A DNA stretch of 64,000 nucleotides from Camelus dromedarius (Eukaryota), in NCBI RefSeq assembly GCF_036321535.1, contig NC_087437.1, positions 3,968,001 to 4,032,000 of the forward strand, in the 5' to 3' direction. Each line of letters begins with the position of its first letter. The first letter of the stretch is position 1. Shown here piece after piece: positions 1 through 14,574 of this stretch. A model generated the notes under the pieces. The model was not told the origin of the DNA and made no database searches. It saw only the letters and a program-made list of their open reading frames with translations. A program made the translations under genes and the position numbers.

Positions 1-1233
1 TGTTGGTGCCTCTGTGGCTGGAGGGATGGTGTCCCAGCCCCCACCACTGCTGATACCCAGTTACCTGTGGGTGCAGGTGGTGCTGTGGGGGAGGCCAGCG
101 TGTGTGCCACCTCCCCTGCTGCTGCCAGGTTCTCTGGGGCTCTAGGCTCAGCTACTGTGGGCAGAGGTTACAGGATTGCAGTCAATACCTGCTGTGTGCC
201 TTAGGTTCCTCCTCCTCTCACTGTTCCAGTCTGCTCACCTCTAGATGTACATGTGTGGAATTCTCCTGCTCTAGTGTGTTGTGCAGAGGCACCGTTGTTG
301 TGTTGTGCATGTTTTCCCGGCTGTAGATTGAAGGGGAGAGTCAAAGGGAGTGTCTCACTCCTCCACGATGTTGACATCATCGTGGCAGTATTCTTATTTC
401 TCTGTTTGCCGTTTCTTATAAAATTAATGTTCTCTAAATGTGGATGTTTTTGCATGCTCAGAACTAATACAGTTTTTTTGTGTTTTAGAAGTTTAAATTT
501 TATTCTAAATCAGGTTACTTTAGATGTTTGAATTTTATTCTAAATTTTTTGATTAGTTGAAATTAATGTAATATAGGAAATAGTTAAAATAAAAGCTGTG
601 AAAGATTTAATTTCCTGAGTTAATCTTACACAACAGGCATCATATGTTTTCTGTCTTTTAGTTCCCATTTATAACACCTTGTATATGAATTTATAAGTAT
701 TGTATTTGACATGATCCAACCTTTGCATTAAAAAGGATGTAAAAGAGGTGAGATCATTCCCTTAATCCAAGCTACGGCTTGGAGAAGAAAGAACTTCCCG
801 GTTTCCTTGCTCTTTATGAGGAAGATGGCGGGTGCATCTTTGGACTTCTGTGGGGTATTAGGTGGGGGAGTAGTGGTTTGCTGTATACTGCTGGGGCTTT
901 TGATGTCTTTGTCTGACAGTTTTTAACCCAGGCTTATAAGTAAATGAGGTTATGCCTGCTCATCTTCAGCCCTGACTAAAATATGACAATTTAAATCCTG
1001 AGAAAAGAGGGAGCTGTTTTTCCTCTCATGGGATTGCTGATACTTATGATAGTTACATCAGTATGTTCACTTGGTTCAGTGTATATCTCAGGATAATTGC
1101 GTATAAAAGGCAACCTGACAGTGAAATTTGGTGTAGTCCCTTTATCAGTTGTTATAAGGTGAAAATTTGTTTATCTTGATAGTTTGAAACTGTTGATGAA
1201 CATGGTTTCATCCATACCTTTTTGCCTGTTTAG

Positions 1234-1379
1234 CCCCCTTTCTGTGTCATCCCAACCTGTGGATCCGGTATGGTGCTGTGGGGTTCATCACGGTGGTCGC
1301 TCACCAGATCAGCACAGCGGATGTCTACTGCAAGCTGATGCCTTACCTTGAACCATACATCACTCAGCCCATAATACAG
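1234..1379 (+). CDS. PIK3R4: PIK3R4/VPS15 coding exon (probably exon 8 if the gene has 20 exons); HEAT-repeat region
   Basis: tttag|...CAG|gtaagc, 146 nt. Encodes (A)[48 protein letters not shown], matching recalled VPS15. Upstream exons lie outside the window. Confidence 0.95.
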
Positions 1380-3261
1380 GTAAGCACGTGCCAACCGTGC
1401 CCCTTAATGGGAGGTTTAGAGAGTCCTCTTTTTATTTAAATTTTTAAAGATTTAAACTGGGGTACTGCATTTCCACCTTCCTTTCAAGCAGTTAATGTTA
1501 ACGGGACAGACACTCTGGAGGGTGAGGGAAGTTCAGGAGACTGTTCTGTCACACAGCCTTGTAGTAACACAGCCCTCAGTAGTTCGTCCCTTGTTTTCTT
1601 ACGTGCAGTGCTGGCGAGCACCTGCCGCTGAAGGGAAGTACAGCAGAAGTGTGTGTTGATGGACCTCCGAGGGCTTCTCCTGTAGAAGTGTAACTGACCT
1701 CAGTCCGAGTCAGCGTTTATAATAAAGTAGAAAAAGGCGTTTTCCAAAATGTGATTTCTGCACACTAAGTGGTTCTGGTTTCTTTCCTTTTTAATCTAAT
1801 GAGTACCCCCCAACCCCCCCCAGAAGACTAGCACTCAGTGGTGGACTCTGGTGTCTGCTTTATACAGGGCACTCGTGGACCGGGCCTGTCACTGTTCACC
1901 CCCTTCACGTTGCGGGACAGCCAGCTGTCAGAGTCGACACTTAGGTTGAATGGGCTGTTAAGAGTTGATTCTGGCTGTTAGGACATCCTGAAATGTCCCA
2001 TTTTTACTAAAACTCTTTTTCTTCTGCAAATTCCCATTCCTCTCTGGCTTTCTCCTGCTTTTTTAGCCCGATGTGCCTTCCCTGTGGTTGGAGAAAATGG
2101 CCTTGGATGTCCTCTGGAAATGAGTGGGTTTGGTCAGGCCTTCAGTCCTTACTTTTCATAATAGATTAGTTCATTTTAGGGGATCATCATTCTTTGTTTC
2201 ATAGAGTTTGTAAATTTATAAATTTTTATCCTAGGAACAATTTGTGTGTACATGAAAGATGGATAATATTACTAGAAAATACCCCCCCCCCCGACACTAT
2301 TAAAGCTTCCTTGGAAATCATGTTTAGAGACTTACTGTTTTTGACTACTTACTCTGTTTAGAAGTTTGGTTTCTAAACTCTTATAATATGGAGAAGGTGT
2401 TTCTGGGATTTTAAAATTGCATGTATTTGTAATACTGTTTAGTTGTGGTTTACTAAGGAATGCGACGTGAAAGTGGTTTGTGAGAAATCTGCACCGTTCT
2501 CTTTGTTTTCTCAGAAGTTATTACTACTTTTTGCATTTCTCATTGGTTTATATTTTGAAAGACCAGGCTCAGGAGTTGAGAGACCAGTTATCTTTATATT
2601 TTGTAATTCTTACCTGTCTACAGTTGGGATTAGACGAAAGATACCCTTTTAATGCAGGTTTCTATGGGCCAGCTCACCAGGTGGTTGAGGAGATCTACAG
2701 AAAGCCCTCTTGGCTACCATTCGTAGTGCGCATCCTTTTTTATTGTATATGTGCTGGCAAGGAGAGTACCCATGGGGATTGGAAAAGGAAGGAATATGAA
2801 CTCTCTGGAGAGAGTAATGTTTTTCAGAAGCAGCTGGAGCTGCTGGGAGGCCTGGCTGCACGAGGCCGGTAGCTGCTGAGCGGCTCCCCTGGACCAGTGC
2901 CCTTTGGCCGTTAGGCCTGTGGACTGCAGGGACTTCTTAGATCTAGGAAGTCGTCTGACATTTTGGGGTCTAGAAAACTCGCGATCTGAACTTTTCTAAC
3001 CTGGGTGTTTGTTAGCTTCTGGTGTGACAGACACAGTTGTGTGCTCAGATGCTAACAGTGAACAGAAGGAATATGTTTGCTCTTTAAAGGGCGCTAGCAT
3101 TCTTTTTTCTTCTAAGCAGAAATTGCAGATGTTGGTATCTCCCGTTTTCTTAGAAAATAAATACCTATGTTAACTTTATGCAGTTTATATTTGTTGAATT
3201 TGGAAATAACTGTACTCTACATTGTATCTTTGGCTGATTCTTTTTTATTTTTCTAATATAG

Positions 3262-3480
<219 letters not shown>

Positions 3481-4820
3481 TGAAATCTTACCTTTAAATG
3501 AAACTTTTATGAAAACATTGAGGCTTCTATCTAGCTCTTAAAAATATTTTAAATGACATTGTATTATAACAAACCAGTAAATAAATCTGGCAGATACTAT
3601 ATGCATTTGCTTTGGTATCTAGGACATACTGTGATGATGGTAAGGAATTGGGTTGAGCTAAATAAGGAATCTTGGGAGACCTGGTAAGTTTTTTGTGATG
3701 ACTGGCTGTATAAATGAGGGAAAGAGGGGGTATAACCCTAGATGTAGGTGATATTCTTGGCTCAGTTCCATATTTCATGAAAAACAATGAAATTCAATTG
3801 GAAGGAACAATACAAAGTTCAAATGCAATAGAGGAAAATCCTGGTTTATCTCAATCCAGATTTTACTACTGTGTCTTACAGGTCTATGAATTCAGATTGT
3901 TTAGCAAATTTTGTTAGAATTAGAAATTAATCTTTTTATTTTACTTGGTCTCTTCAGAAACATTAAGGCCTCTTTAGAAATATTACGTATAGATTTGGCA
4001 TCGTGTTTTAAGAGGGATATGTGGATCCCGGAGAAGTCAAGGTAGGAATAAAAATGGTTAGAAATAAAGAATCTGATTTCTGAGTAAATCTCCACGAGCC
4101 ACACAGCAGATACTGAGAGACGATGTTAATGACTGTCTTTAAGTCTGCAGGACGTTTTGGTTAGGAGGATACCTGTCAGTCGTTGTCCTGTCTAATGAGA
4201 AAAGAAGATGGGAAAAACAGTCCAGCTTGGGATGTAAAGCCTCTCACGCATTGTGCTCATCCCTAACTGTCCGTTGCTGTTTGATGCCCACCTGCTGGCT
4301 CGGGTGACGGAATGTTGGAATAGGCTTCTCCAGGAGGCTGGTCCGTAACCATTGCGGCTCTTCTGGGTCTGAATTTGCCTGGAGGCTAGAGCCGCCTCTG
4401 AGTGTGCCTTCCAGGCCAGTGTTTCTCTTTCCTCTATTTCAGAGGACTTCAGTTTGATGTGACTTGAATTGCCAGCCTTTTGAGTTTTCTTTTAACCTCG
4501 GCTTGTACGTTAGGTGTATTTTGTATTTTAGAAAGCAATTTATGGAAACTTGGATATCAAATCACATTTTTCAGTTGTTTCTCCTGAGTAAGTAATCCTT
4601 ATCAAAAGGATTTCTCCCTGCAATAAAAACCACCCCGACTCAGACATACCTTCAGGCTTGGGTGGTGTGATTCTTTGGATTTCTCCCCGTCCTGCAGGTT
4701 TTGTGTATGAGCTCGAAAGCTTTTCATCGTGAGTCATTAGTTCTCTGCGAGGCGGCCGTAGCTCCTAGTAAATGTTTTTGACTTGCTGCTGGTGTTGGTT
4801 TTCCCACTGCCGTGCTGGCA

Positions 4821-4980
4821 ACTATTTACGTAGTATTTACATTGTATCAAGAGCTGATCTAAAGTATACAGGAGGTTGTGTGTGGGTTAGATGCAAATAC
4901 TAAGCCGCTAGTTTATCTAAAGGACTTGAGTGTCCATGGGGGTCCTGGACCTGATCCCTGCGGATTCCATGTGATGACTA
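4821..4980. mobile_element. MER2/Tigger-like DNA transposon fragment
   Basis: Motifs aaagtatacaggagg, atgcaaatacta, ggacttgag and gggggtcctgga resemble the recalled TcMar-Tigger consensus. Confidence 0.55.
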
Positions 4981-5639
4981 TGTTGTGTTAGGTCTGCTTT
5001 GTGGTGCAGTTTAAGTTACTGGGGATCAATTGGCTCCTCTTGAACCTTGTTTTAAGCTTTGTTAGGACAGGCCCAGAGCAGCCTTTGGTCAGTGGCCGGC
5101 TCAGGTTGACTCCAGAATGTTGGGGTCCATGATGCTCTGGTTGCTTGGAGTGTGTGTGACCCCAGCCCAGGTGAGCTCCGGGGCTTCCTGCTTTCTGGTT
5201 GCTCTTCCTGGCCTCGCGCTCCCGGTGTCAGTACTCAGCCGCAGACTTGAGGAGACTGTGCCGTAGCCCTGGCCGTGGGCCAGACCCTTGCCCCAGTTCT
5301 GTGCCCCACATGCTCAGCCTTCGTGCTCCTTGAACGTGGCTCTGCTGAACTGGGTTTGCGTTCCCCCTCCTCGTGCATGGACTGGAAACTCCCCAGAGAG
5401 TGAGCGGGGGCAGTCCTAGGACTCTCCTCTGTCCTGGGGGCTGCAGCCTGTGCTTCCCGTTTTCTAGTGCTTGAAAAGTGGCGTTTCATAGTTTCTGTCC
5501 AGTTTAAAGTTGTTTAACATGGGAGAGTAAATCTTGTCCCTCCTGGACATCACGGCTGGAAGCAGTGTTGGGGCATGCTTGTGGACTTGACCTCTGATTA
5601 GAGCACAATCTCCCCGCTGGCTTTTCAAGGTTGTCTTGG

Positions 5640-7060
5640 TCCTTTGCATTTCCACTTACATTTTCCAAATGATGTTTCCTAATCATCTTGTCACTTTATT
5701 AAAAAAAATTTTTTTTTGTTGGTATGTGATTGAGATTACATTGGAACCTGTAGGAGAGAATCAAAGTCTTGCCAGTGAGACGTCAGTCGATGAACACGGT
5801 GCGTGTCTACGTTTAGTTGGATCTTTAAGTTATCACAGTAATGTTTTATGGTTTACTTTGTAGAGTTTTATATATCTTTAATTGTTATACATATTTGGGG
5901 TAATTGGCTTTTAATGCTATTATAATTGGTATATTAAAAAAAAGTTTTTGTAGCTGGTGTATAGAAAAAATTTTTATATTGATCCTGAATCCAGCAACCT
6001 CGTCTGACTGACTGACCAGTTCTAATCTCTTGGCTTGGATGCTTCTTCTGAGTTTGCACATTCATAATTCTGTTGTGTGTGAACAGTAGTAGCAGTATTA
6101 TTCACTTTTTCCCAGTGAATACTTTTGTTTCCTTGCCTTATTTAAATGACCAGGGTCTTCAGTGTAGTGTAAATGGAATTTGTGATAGTGGGCATTCTTT
6201 TCGTTTCTCATCTCGTTGGGAAAACTCAGCATTATACTGTTTGGTGTCTGCTAACACTTTTTCGGTACACTTTTTATTAGATTAAAGAAATTCCCACCCA
6301 TATCTGGCTTGCTGAGGCTTATTATGGAAGAATATTAAGATGTATCAGATGTCTTTATCATATGGTTTTTTTTAATATTCTGTTAATGTAGCTAACTACA
6401 CTGATTTTCCCATGTCATCAACCTTTTATACCTAGATTTTTTTGTGAAACAACTGTATCATATTGTATTTATATTTAAATACAATTTTATTGTAAAACAC
6501 ACAAATACTATAAATGTATAATACATAAATAATGTGAACATAAATATTGTGCAAAGTACATTTTTATACAGACTGGATTTGGATTGCTTTTTCTTTTTCC
6601 TTTTTTTTTTTTTTTTTTTTTTTGAAATTTTTCCATTTCCACAAGTGAGTTGTCCTTCAGTTTTCCTTTCTTGTAATGTCCTTGTCGGGTTTTTTCTTTT
6701 TTTTGATGGTGCACGTCTGACATTTTTTATTGAGATAAAATTCACATACAGTAAAATTCACTCTTTCAAAGTGTACAATTCAGTGTTTTTTTTTTTAGTA
6801 CATTCACAGAGTTGTGAAACCATCACCACTGTCTAGTTTCAGAACATTTTCATCAGCCCGGAAAGAAAGCCGTGTCGATTAGCAGGCATTCCCTGTTGGC
6901 TTCTGCTGTGGCAACTGCTGAATCTACTTTTTGTCTCCACAAACTTGCCTGTTCTGTGTATTTCACGTAAACGGGATCTTACAGTACGTGGCCTTTGTGT
7001 CTGGCTGCTTAGTGCAGTATGTTGAAGGTTCCCCCGTGGAGTGGGGTGTGGCTCTTCTTC
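5640..7060 (-). mobile_element. Old L1 fragments (ORF2 remnant plus L1MB-like 3' end at about 6720-7060)
   Basis: ttttattgagataaaattcacatac...aaagtgtacaattcagtg is a typical antisense L1 3' end; degenerate ORF2-like sequence lies upstream. Confidence 0.6.
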
Positions 7061-7624
7061 AGTCTTCTGTACAGCCTTACGATGGCCTTGCCTCGTGTGG
7101 ACGAGAGCTGAGCCCTCTGTCTTACCAACTGAAACGTAGATTCACAGAAAGAACAGACCTCTTACCATGGCTGTAAGATTTTAAGAGGAGAGGTGAAAAT
7201 AAATGAAGAATTCCGGTTATTGGAAAAAATTCGGTCCAGGATCTCTCAATAATTAATGTACTTTAATGTTATTTTATTTCATCACTTCTTAGTTTTCTGA
7301 CTTTCTAGGGTTTGTGTCCTCTTGTGCCAGCAGACTGTGAATATTACCTTAAAGTCCGCTGGAATTTTAGATTGAGGCTTTAGGGGAATTATTTTATTAC
7401 TTTTTCATTTACATAATAAAAACATTTTAGAGGGTTCTGTGGATGGTTGGAAAGTTAAGAAGAAAATGGAGAACTTACTCATGTACCAGAATATTTAAGT
7501 TGCACAATCAATTATTTAAATTAAATAATATTCATTAGCTGTCAGATAGTTTAAAGTGTTCTTAGTGTCTTAGGTGGATGAATTTATTATCATTTTATAA
7601 TAACCTTATATGATGGGTACTAGT

Positions 7625-7740
7625 AATTATCCACATTTTGTAGATAGAGATACAGAGGAAGTGGATAACCTGCCCGTGGTCATACAGATAGTGTAAGTAA
7701 TGGAGCTGGCATTTGAACAGAGTCAGTCTGACTCCAGACA
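7625..7740. mobile_element. MIR SINE
   Basis: cattttgtagat...aacctgcccgtggtcatacag...ggcatttgaac...gtctgactccaga matches the MIR core. Confidence 0.65.
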
Positions 7741-8268
7741 CACTGCTGTCTTGGGATGTGGGTGGGTGTGTTGCTGACACTAGCAGCTCAGCCGGCCATC
7801 ATGAGGTGTGCAGAGCGCTCTGTATATCAGAGTGGCTTCACATACAGGGCCCCACTTCGTGTCCTCCACATAGCTAGCAACAAGGTTGACGTAGGTGACT
7901 TTCTTTTGCTTAATATCATATTTTCAGAATTTTTATGAAGATACCAAATGTTTGTTTATTCAGTTATGTATTAAAGATCTCTTAGTTACCAGGCACTGTA
8001 TTAAAGTTTTTTGGAGATTTCAAAGCTGAATTCTACTTGAATTTTAGCATAAATCATGATACGAAGTAGAAAGTGGCTGGAGAGATCAGTTAGTGAGATT
8101 TCGTTGTGTGTTGATAGTATCTTTATCTCTTGCTTTTGCTTGCTTCATTTCACCATTCTTACTCTGAAATTTTAAATCGAGTGGTTTGACCCTTCAATTG
8201 TTAGTCATTCTGAGGCCTGTTACCACTTGTGAAAGTAACGTAGAACATACGGCTTTATTTGGTTTTAG

Positions 8269-8508
<240 letters not shown>

Positions 8509-10127
8509 TAAGTTACTTCACGAGGTTAGTTTTAGCTAACTAGTAGTAAAACTAAAAAGTCACATTTCCAGATACAGAGCTTTCATGTACAGTGAGTGAG
8601 CGAGTGCGTTGTGTAGCAGGAAGATTTCGGGGAAGAAGAGTGGAGGCATGAAGTGACAGTTAAGACATTAGGTAACCTTCCACATTCATTGCTCTGTATG
8701 TGTCAGAATCAGAATTCAAACCAGAGCTCTGCTCTTAAAATTATGTTGCCCCTGTGGAAGTATGTGAATGAAGGTGAAATTCTGTTTTTTAATCCTTTAA
8801 ACACCAAAGCAAGGAGAATAGTCTATATATAAGATTACATAAAATTTTCTAGCCTGTTTCTAGTAGGTAACGCCCAGCGAATTGAAAAGTCTTACAAAAG
8901 AGTAGCCACCAGAGAAGCCTTAACGGTGCAGGTTTCAGATTTACAACTGTCAGCTCTTGTGGCAATGACAGTGACATTGATCATATGAGGTTTTTAAGAT
9001 CTCAAGCATTCTTCCTTGAACCCTTTTTGGAGATATACTCACTTAAATGCCTTTTGGAAATGTTTCTAGTCCAGTGTCAGATTTTGAGGGCAGCTGATGA
9101 ATTATATTTTAAAAAACCTCTAACTGCCAAACTTGGAATAAAGTATTTGCAACTTAATTATTAATGGTTTACAGCCATAAAATGTAAAGCATTCATACAA
9201 ATTAATAAGAAAAACGCAAGCACCCAGAGGAAAAATAGTGGATTTGAACATAGAGCCAATAGGAGAACAGAAATGCGTATGTTTGAAAGGTAGACAACAA
9301 AATAAATGCAAATGAAAACAGTGAGATGGCATTTTCTGCCTGTGTGATTAGCAAAGACTGATGACAATGGTGTTAGCAAGCGTGTGGGGAGGTCGGCGCT
9401 TTCGTTCACTGTCAGTGAGATTGTGAGTTGCACAATACTCTTACTGTTTGACTCACCATTTTCAGTTCTGGAAGTTTCTCACAGAAGCACTGACAGACTT
9501 GAAGAAACATGTAAGAATGCTCTCAGAATAAAAGGAAATAATTGAAATGTCCATTAACACGGGAATGATTTAAATCAATGTTCAGTATATTTAGTTAAGT
9601 AGGAGAAAAAGCAAGTTGTGAAGCAGTATGTGTTATTTTATTTTTGCAAAATAATATGGTAGTGTATTATTAAACTACATAGTTTATGAGGCTTACAGAG
9701 TTAAAGGGACAATTCGTGTTACATATTGGTAATGCCAGAACTTTGTGCTACTTAATGTATTTTTTGTAATTGGACAAAGTTTAAAAAATAGGGGGGGTTT
9801 CTCATCTGCCTGTAGTCAGGATGCAGCTGTATTGCAATTGATTTTTTATTTTTTCTTAATTTTTTCCCCATGTAACTGATACTGGAAATAGGTCATATTT
9901 AGTAGTGTGGTCAGTGACATTTGAAAAAGTTGTTTTTGTTGTTAGTTCTTCATGTAAAAGTGGTTACTTGAAACTGAGCTAACCTTGGGAAACGAGGAAG
10001 CAGTTAGGTCTAATTATTAACACTACTGAAAGTGCATCTGTCCATCTGTCCAGAGATGAAATGAGAGCTGACAAGTGTACAAGTAAATGTAAATAAGTTG
10101 GCTGTTGAAAGAGCAAATAGCATGTAG

Positions 10128-10421
<294 letters not shown>

Positions 10422-11033
10422 TAGTGAGTCCCAGCCTACTGTTGGGGTCTTTAAGGGCTGTGTGCTGTATGGAAAGTCAGCATAGTGGCTTGTCCTGTAG
10501 GAAGGACATGTCTCTAAGACAGGCTTATCTTTAACTTTAGAGCCAAGGGGAAATCTAGTATTGAAAGCACCAAAAAGATCTCGTCGTAGAGAACTCAGCA
10601 GTAGAGTGGTCTGTGGGTGAAGACATCGTGAGCTGTGCTTCTGTTGGGCTGCAGTGAACCCTTAAAATCTTCTCTTATTCTTACTCTAATATAATATCGT
10701 TAGATCTGTAAAATAGCAAAAATGCTTCTGGGGAAAAAGTCCCAAGTTTGCTGTGTGTGAGAAATGCAGTGATTTTGATTTACTTGAAGTAAGTTTATAA
10801 TTTAAGGTGACTCTTCCCTAGCCAGTAATACTTTAAGTGAAAAATATTAATTCAGCCAACTGATAAATTAAAATTCTCTTTTTTCTCTTCACTTAAATTA
10901 ATGAGGCTTTTTATTTAATGTTATTGCTGCACTGATCATCTGTTTTTAATGTAGGGGTTTGGAAATGTTGTGGTTAAACTTCATTTTAACTAGGTTTTTG
11001 TGGAAAAAACGTCATTGTCTTTAAATAGATTTA

Positions 11034-11124
11034 GGGGAGGGTATAGCTCAGTGGTAGAGCACCTGCTTAACATGCACGAGGTTCTGGGCTCATGCCCCAG
11101 TACCTCTGTTAACAAAAAAAAAAA
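11034..11124 (+). mobile_element. tRNA-derived SINE (camelid Vic-1-like)
   Basis: ggggagggtatagctcagtggtagagc (A box), a degenerate B box, ccccagtacctc, then an A tail. Four more copies occur in the window. Confidence 0.8.
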
Positions 11125-11253
11125 GCATTTAAAAGTTGGTGCACTAAAAAGGACAAAAAGCTGGTATAGTGAATAGAGAGAACATAGCACTTTTTTATCA
11201 TCAAATGTACTTTATTTATGACATAAATACCTGTAATTGGTTTTGTTCTGCAG

Positions 11254-11464
11254 GTTGCAGAAGTGACGAACGTGCAGAGCAGAAAGCCGGCGGTACAGGT
11301 TTTGAGCAGCACAGTCGTGCCGTCTGCCTACCAGGTGCGGGTGACCACGTGCAAGACCGAGCTTCAGCAGCTCCTGCAGCAGAAGCGGGAGCAGTGCAGT
11401 GCCGAGCGGATGGCCAAGCAGATGATGGAGAATGCAGAGTGGGAGAGCAAACCGCCACCGCCCG
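11254..11464 (+). CDS. PIK3R4: PIK3R4 coding exon (linker/helical segment)
   Basis: ctgcag|...G|gtaaac, 211 nt. Encodes [12 protein letters not shown]...[18 protein letters not shown]...WESKPPPP. Confidence 0.95.
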
Positions 11465-12727
11465 GTAAACGTGCCGTCCTTGGGGGCCGCGCTCGCCCAG
11501 GCTCCCGGGCCCGAGTCGACAGGAGCGGTGGTGGGTGACTCCCAGTACAGGGCGTGGGAGCAGAGCTCACTCCCCCGGGCCGGAGGAAGAGTGATTCGTG
11601 TCCAGTCATTGCTTGTGGGGTCTGGGTCTCCGTAGCTCTGGCTGTGTCTGTCGGGCCAGTCACCTGCGGTTTTCTCTCCTTCTGGTGGTGGTTTTATTGC
11701 CTGGCTGTGTCACTTTCTCGGTGGATGTCAGGCTTCCCTGAGTAGACTCCGGCTTTTCATTTCTGAAGGGTTTACTATCTATTCGTTTTCTTTAAAAAAA
11801 GGTAAAACTCTTAGAAAATAATGGGTGCTTCTGAAAAGAAAACAAAATCACCTATAACCCCCACCGCTCAGCAGTCGTCAGCATTTAGATTTGGGGGAAA
11901 ACACTCCTGTATTCTGGGGAGATTTAGAAGAAACTTGGAGAGAAGTTAGGTGAAAATTGTGGCCTAGCTGTGTTTACAGACTTGCACAGTGTAATGTGGG
12001 GAAGCTAGTCTTTGATATTAGATTTGCAGATTTTAAAAAACATTTTTATTGAGTTTCTGTATAGATTTTAATAATGAAAAATTAACTTGAAAGCTGAGAA
12101 ATGCATAGTGCACTTATGTGTTAGAGAGAGAAAAATCACATGAATTCCCACGGGCTTCCATTGTGAAGTGGGGGAATAAGTGGTAGTCAGTGATTCAAAG
12201 ATCTAAGAAATATTAGTAAGTGGTAAGTGGCATCTCTAGTCACATAAAATTTTTTTAATCAAAATAAATATCCTGCAATGCCTGAGTTGTTTCTGAGATA
12301 CAGTTCAGTATTATTTAACCAGCCTTGCTTTAAAAACAAAAAAAGTTGACCACAAACTTGTCTATTTTATGATAGAATCTATCTTTATAAGTGGCATTTT
12401 GTACTTAAGTGGAGCTATACATTTTATACAGCAATCCCAGAAAAGGTGTCAGATTTTGTCGTTCGAGATATGTGCAGTGACTGTTGGACTTGTTTTTTTT
12501 TTTCTTTCCACACTTGAGTGGTTGTGTGATTTTCTCTACAGGGAAATGTTCAACCTAGCCTGCTAGATTGCCTAGACTTCATGGCAAAGTGTTTTCGATG
12601 ATTCTCAAATCCAGCATATCCTCCTTCAAATCACATCCACACATGTGAGGTAGACATCCAAGGGGAAACATAGTTTTCTGTTGTAGAGTATGCCAGGTTT
12701 GACAGTAGTCTTGGTTTCATTTTTGCT

Positions 12728-13339
12728 ATTTTTTTTTTTAATGCAAGTACAATTAGTTACAACATGTCAGTTTCTGGTGTACAGCACAATATCCCAGTCA
12801 TGCATATACATACATACATTTATTTTTATATTCATGAAAAGTTATTACAAGATATTGAACATAATTCCCTGGGCTATACAGAAGAAACTTTCTTGTTTTC
12901 AAACCTATAGTGGCTAACATTTGTAAATCTCAAACTCCCAAATTTATCCCTTTCCGTGGTAACCATAGGATTGTTTACTATGTCTGCGAGTCTGTTTCTG
13001 TTTTGTAGATGAGTTCATAGTGTCCTTTTTTTTTTTGTAGATTCCACATATGAGTGATACGGTATTTTTCTTTCTCTTTGTGGCTTATTTCTCTTAGAAT
13101 GATGATCTACAGGTCCATCCATGTTGCTGCAAATTGCATTTTATTCTTTTTTATGGCTGAGTAGTGTTCCATTGTATAAATATACCACAACTTCTTTATC
13201 CTGCCATCTGTTGGTGGACATTTAGGTTGTTTTCCATATCTTGGCTATTGTAAATAGTGATGCTACGAATATTGAGGTGCATGTATCTTTTCGAATTAAA
13301 ATTCCCTCTGGATATATTACCCAGAAGCAGGATTGCTGG
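12728..13339 (-). mobile_element. 5'-truncated young L1 (3' UTR and end of ORF2)
   Basis: Poly-T at the left end. TSD CATTTTTG(C/T)T at 12718-12727 and 13340-13349. Closely similar to the copies at 21013 and 22419. Confidence 0.85.
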
Positions 13340-13536
13340 CATTTTTGTTTCTTGGTAAAACAAATAAGTTGATTTTAATATGACTTTATTAGGACTTAAT
13401 TAGGCACAGTGCTGACTCCCAATATAGTATGATCTTCAGCATAGCTTTCTGTTTTTTTTTATTTTAAAAGTTAGTATTAATTATTATTAAATGTTAACGC
13501 ACAATATAAAAGTTTGTTCATAATACATTGAAGATA

Positions 13537-13540
<4 letters not shown>

Positions 13541-13574
<34 letters not shown>
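13541..13574. repeat. (TA)17 microsatellite
   Basis: Perfect TA run. Confidence 0.95.
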
Positions 13575-13575
<1 letters not shown>

Positions 13576-14342
13576 TTCTGCTAAAAACTGAGTGGTTTGG
13601 AACGGGTAAGACATGGTCTCTGGCTTCAAGGAATTCATAATTCATTAGAGGAAATTAATGATACACTAAAAGAATACAGATAAACAGAGGTGTGTAGAAG
13701 TCATAAAGAAAGCAGTAGAATGTCTTTGGGCTTTCTGAAGCTATCATTTGTAATACCATTTATATCAGCCTGTTGGTATCACAGAGTAAATGATTGCAGG
13801 TAGGGAAGCAGTCTACATTTGGGTGTTTACTGTGGGCCCAGGACCGTGTTAGACCCTTTATATCTCATTTATCCATACAGTCATCCTTTGGGTTGAGTAA
13901 TTCCCCCCTCATTTTATGCTTAAGGAAATTGAAACTCAGAGTTTAAAGAAGTATCCCCGGGTCACATGTGATGGTGTGGTGGGGCTGCGTCTTGGAGACT
14001 TTCAGGACCAGGCTGCCTCCCCAGTGCCTGATTTCTAGGTCCCAACAGTCATTACCTCCTGCTGTTGAGCACTAGGCAGGGTTTTTTTGGGTAGCAGGTG
14101 ACCCTTGTGCCTTTTAGGACACTAGAGAAAGGCCCCAGGTGCTGTCTTTCTCAGGCTGTTTGAGCAACTCTTAATTGCTGTCTTGCATGTCTTCCTCCGT
14201 AGATGACAGTATCTGTCCTGGGCAGTAGACCGCCCTTGTTGGCTAGCCCTTGCTACCTTGTTTAGTTCTGTTGGTTCTCACGCAGGTGGTCAGCGCTCAC
14301 AGCAGGGGCGGCAGGAGGGTTGTATGTGTAAACTGAAAGTAA

Positions 14343-14534
<192 letters not shown>

Positions 14535-14574
14535 TAGCACGCCCGCCCACCTGCCACCCGTTCAGTCCGCCAGC

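Noticed and set aside
822..831. YY1-like motif AAGATGGCGG (a similar one at 53722-53730)
   Set aside because: Isolated short motifs without promoter context; plausible by chance in 64 kb.
2480..2872. 130-aa intronic ORF as an extra PIK3R4 exon or nested gene
   Set aside because: The flanking exons already join in frame to give the continuous known protein, and the ORF resembles no family I recognise.
11034..11110. tRNA gene
   Set aside because: It has A/B-box-like motifs, but it is degenerate, A-tailed and multi-copy, and one copy has a clear TSD. It is a SINE.
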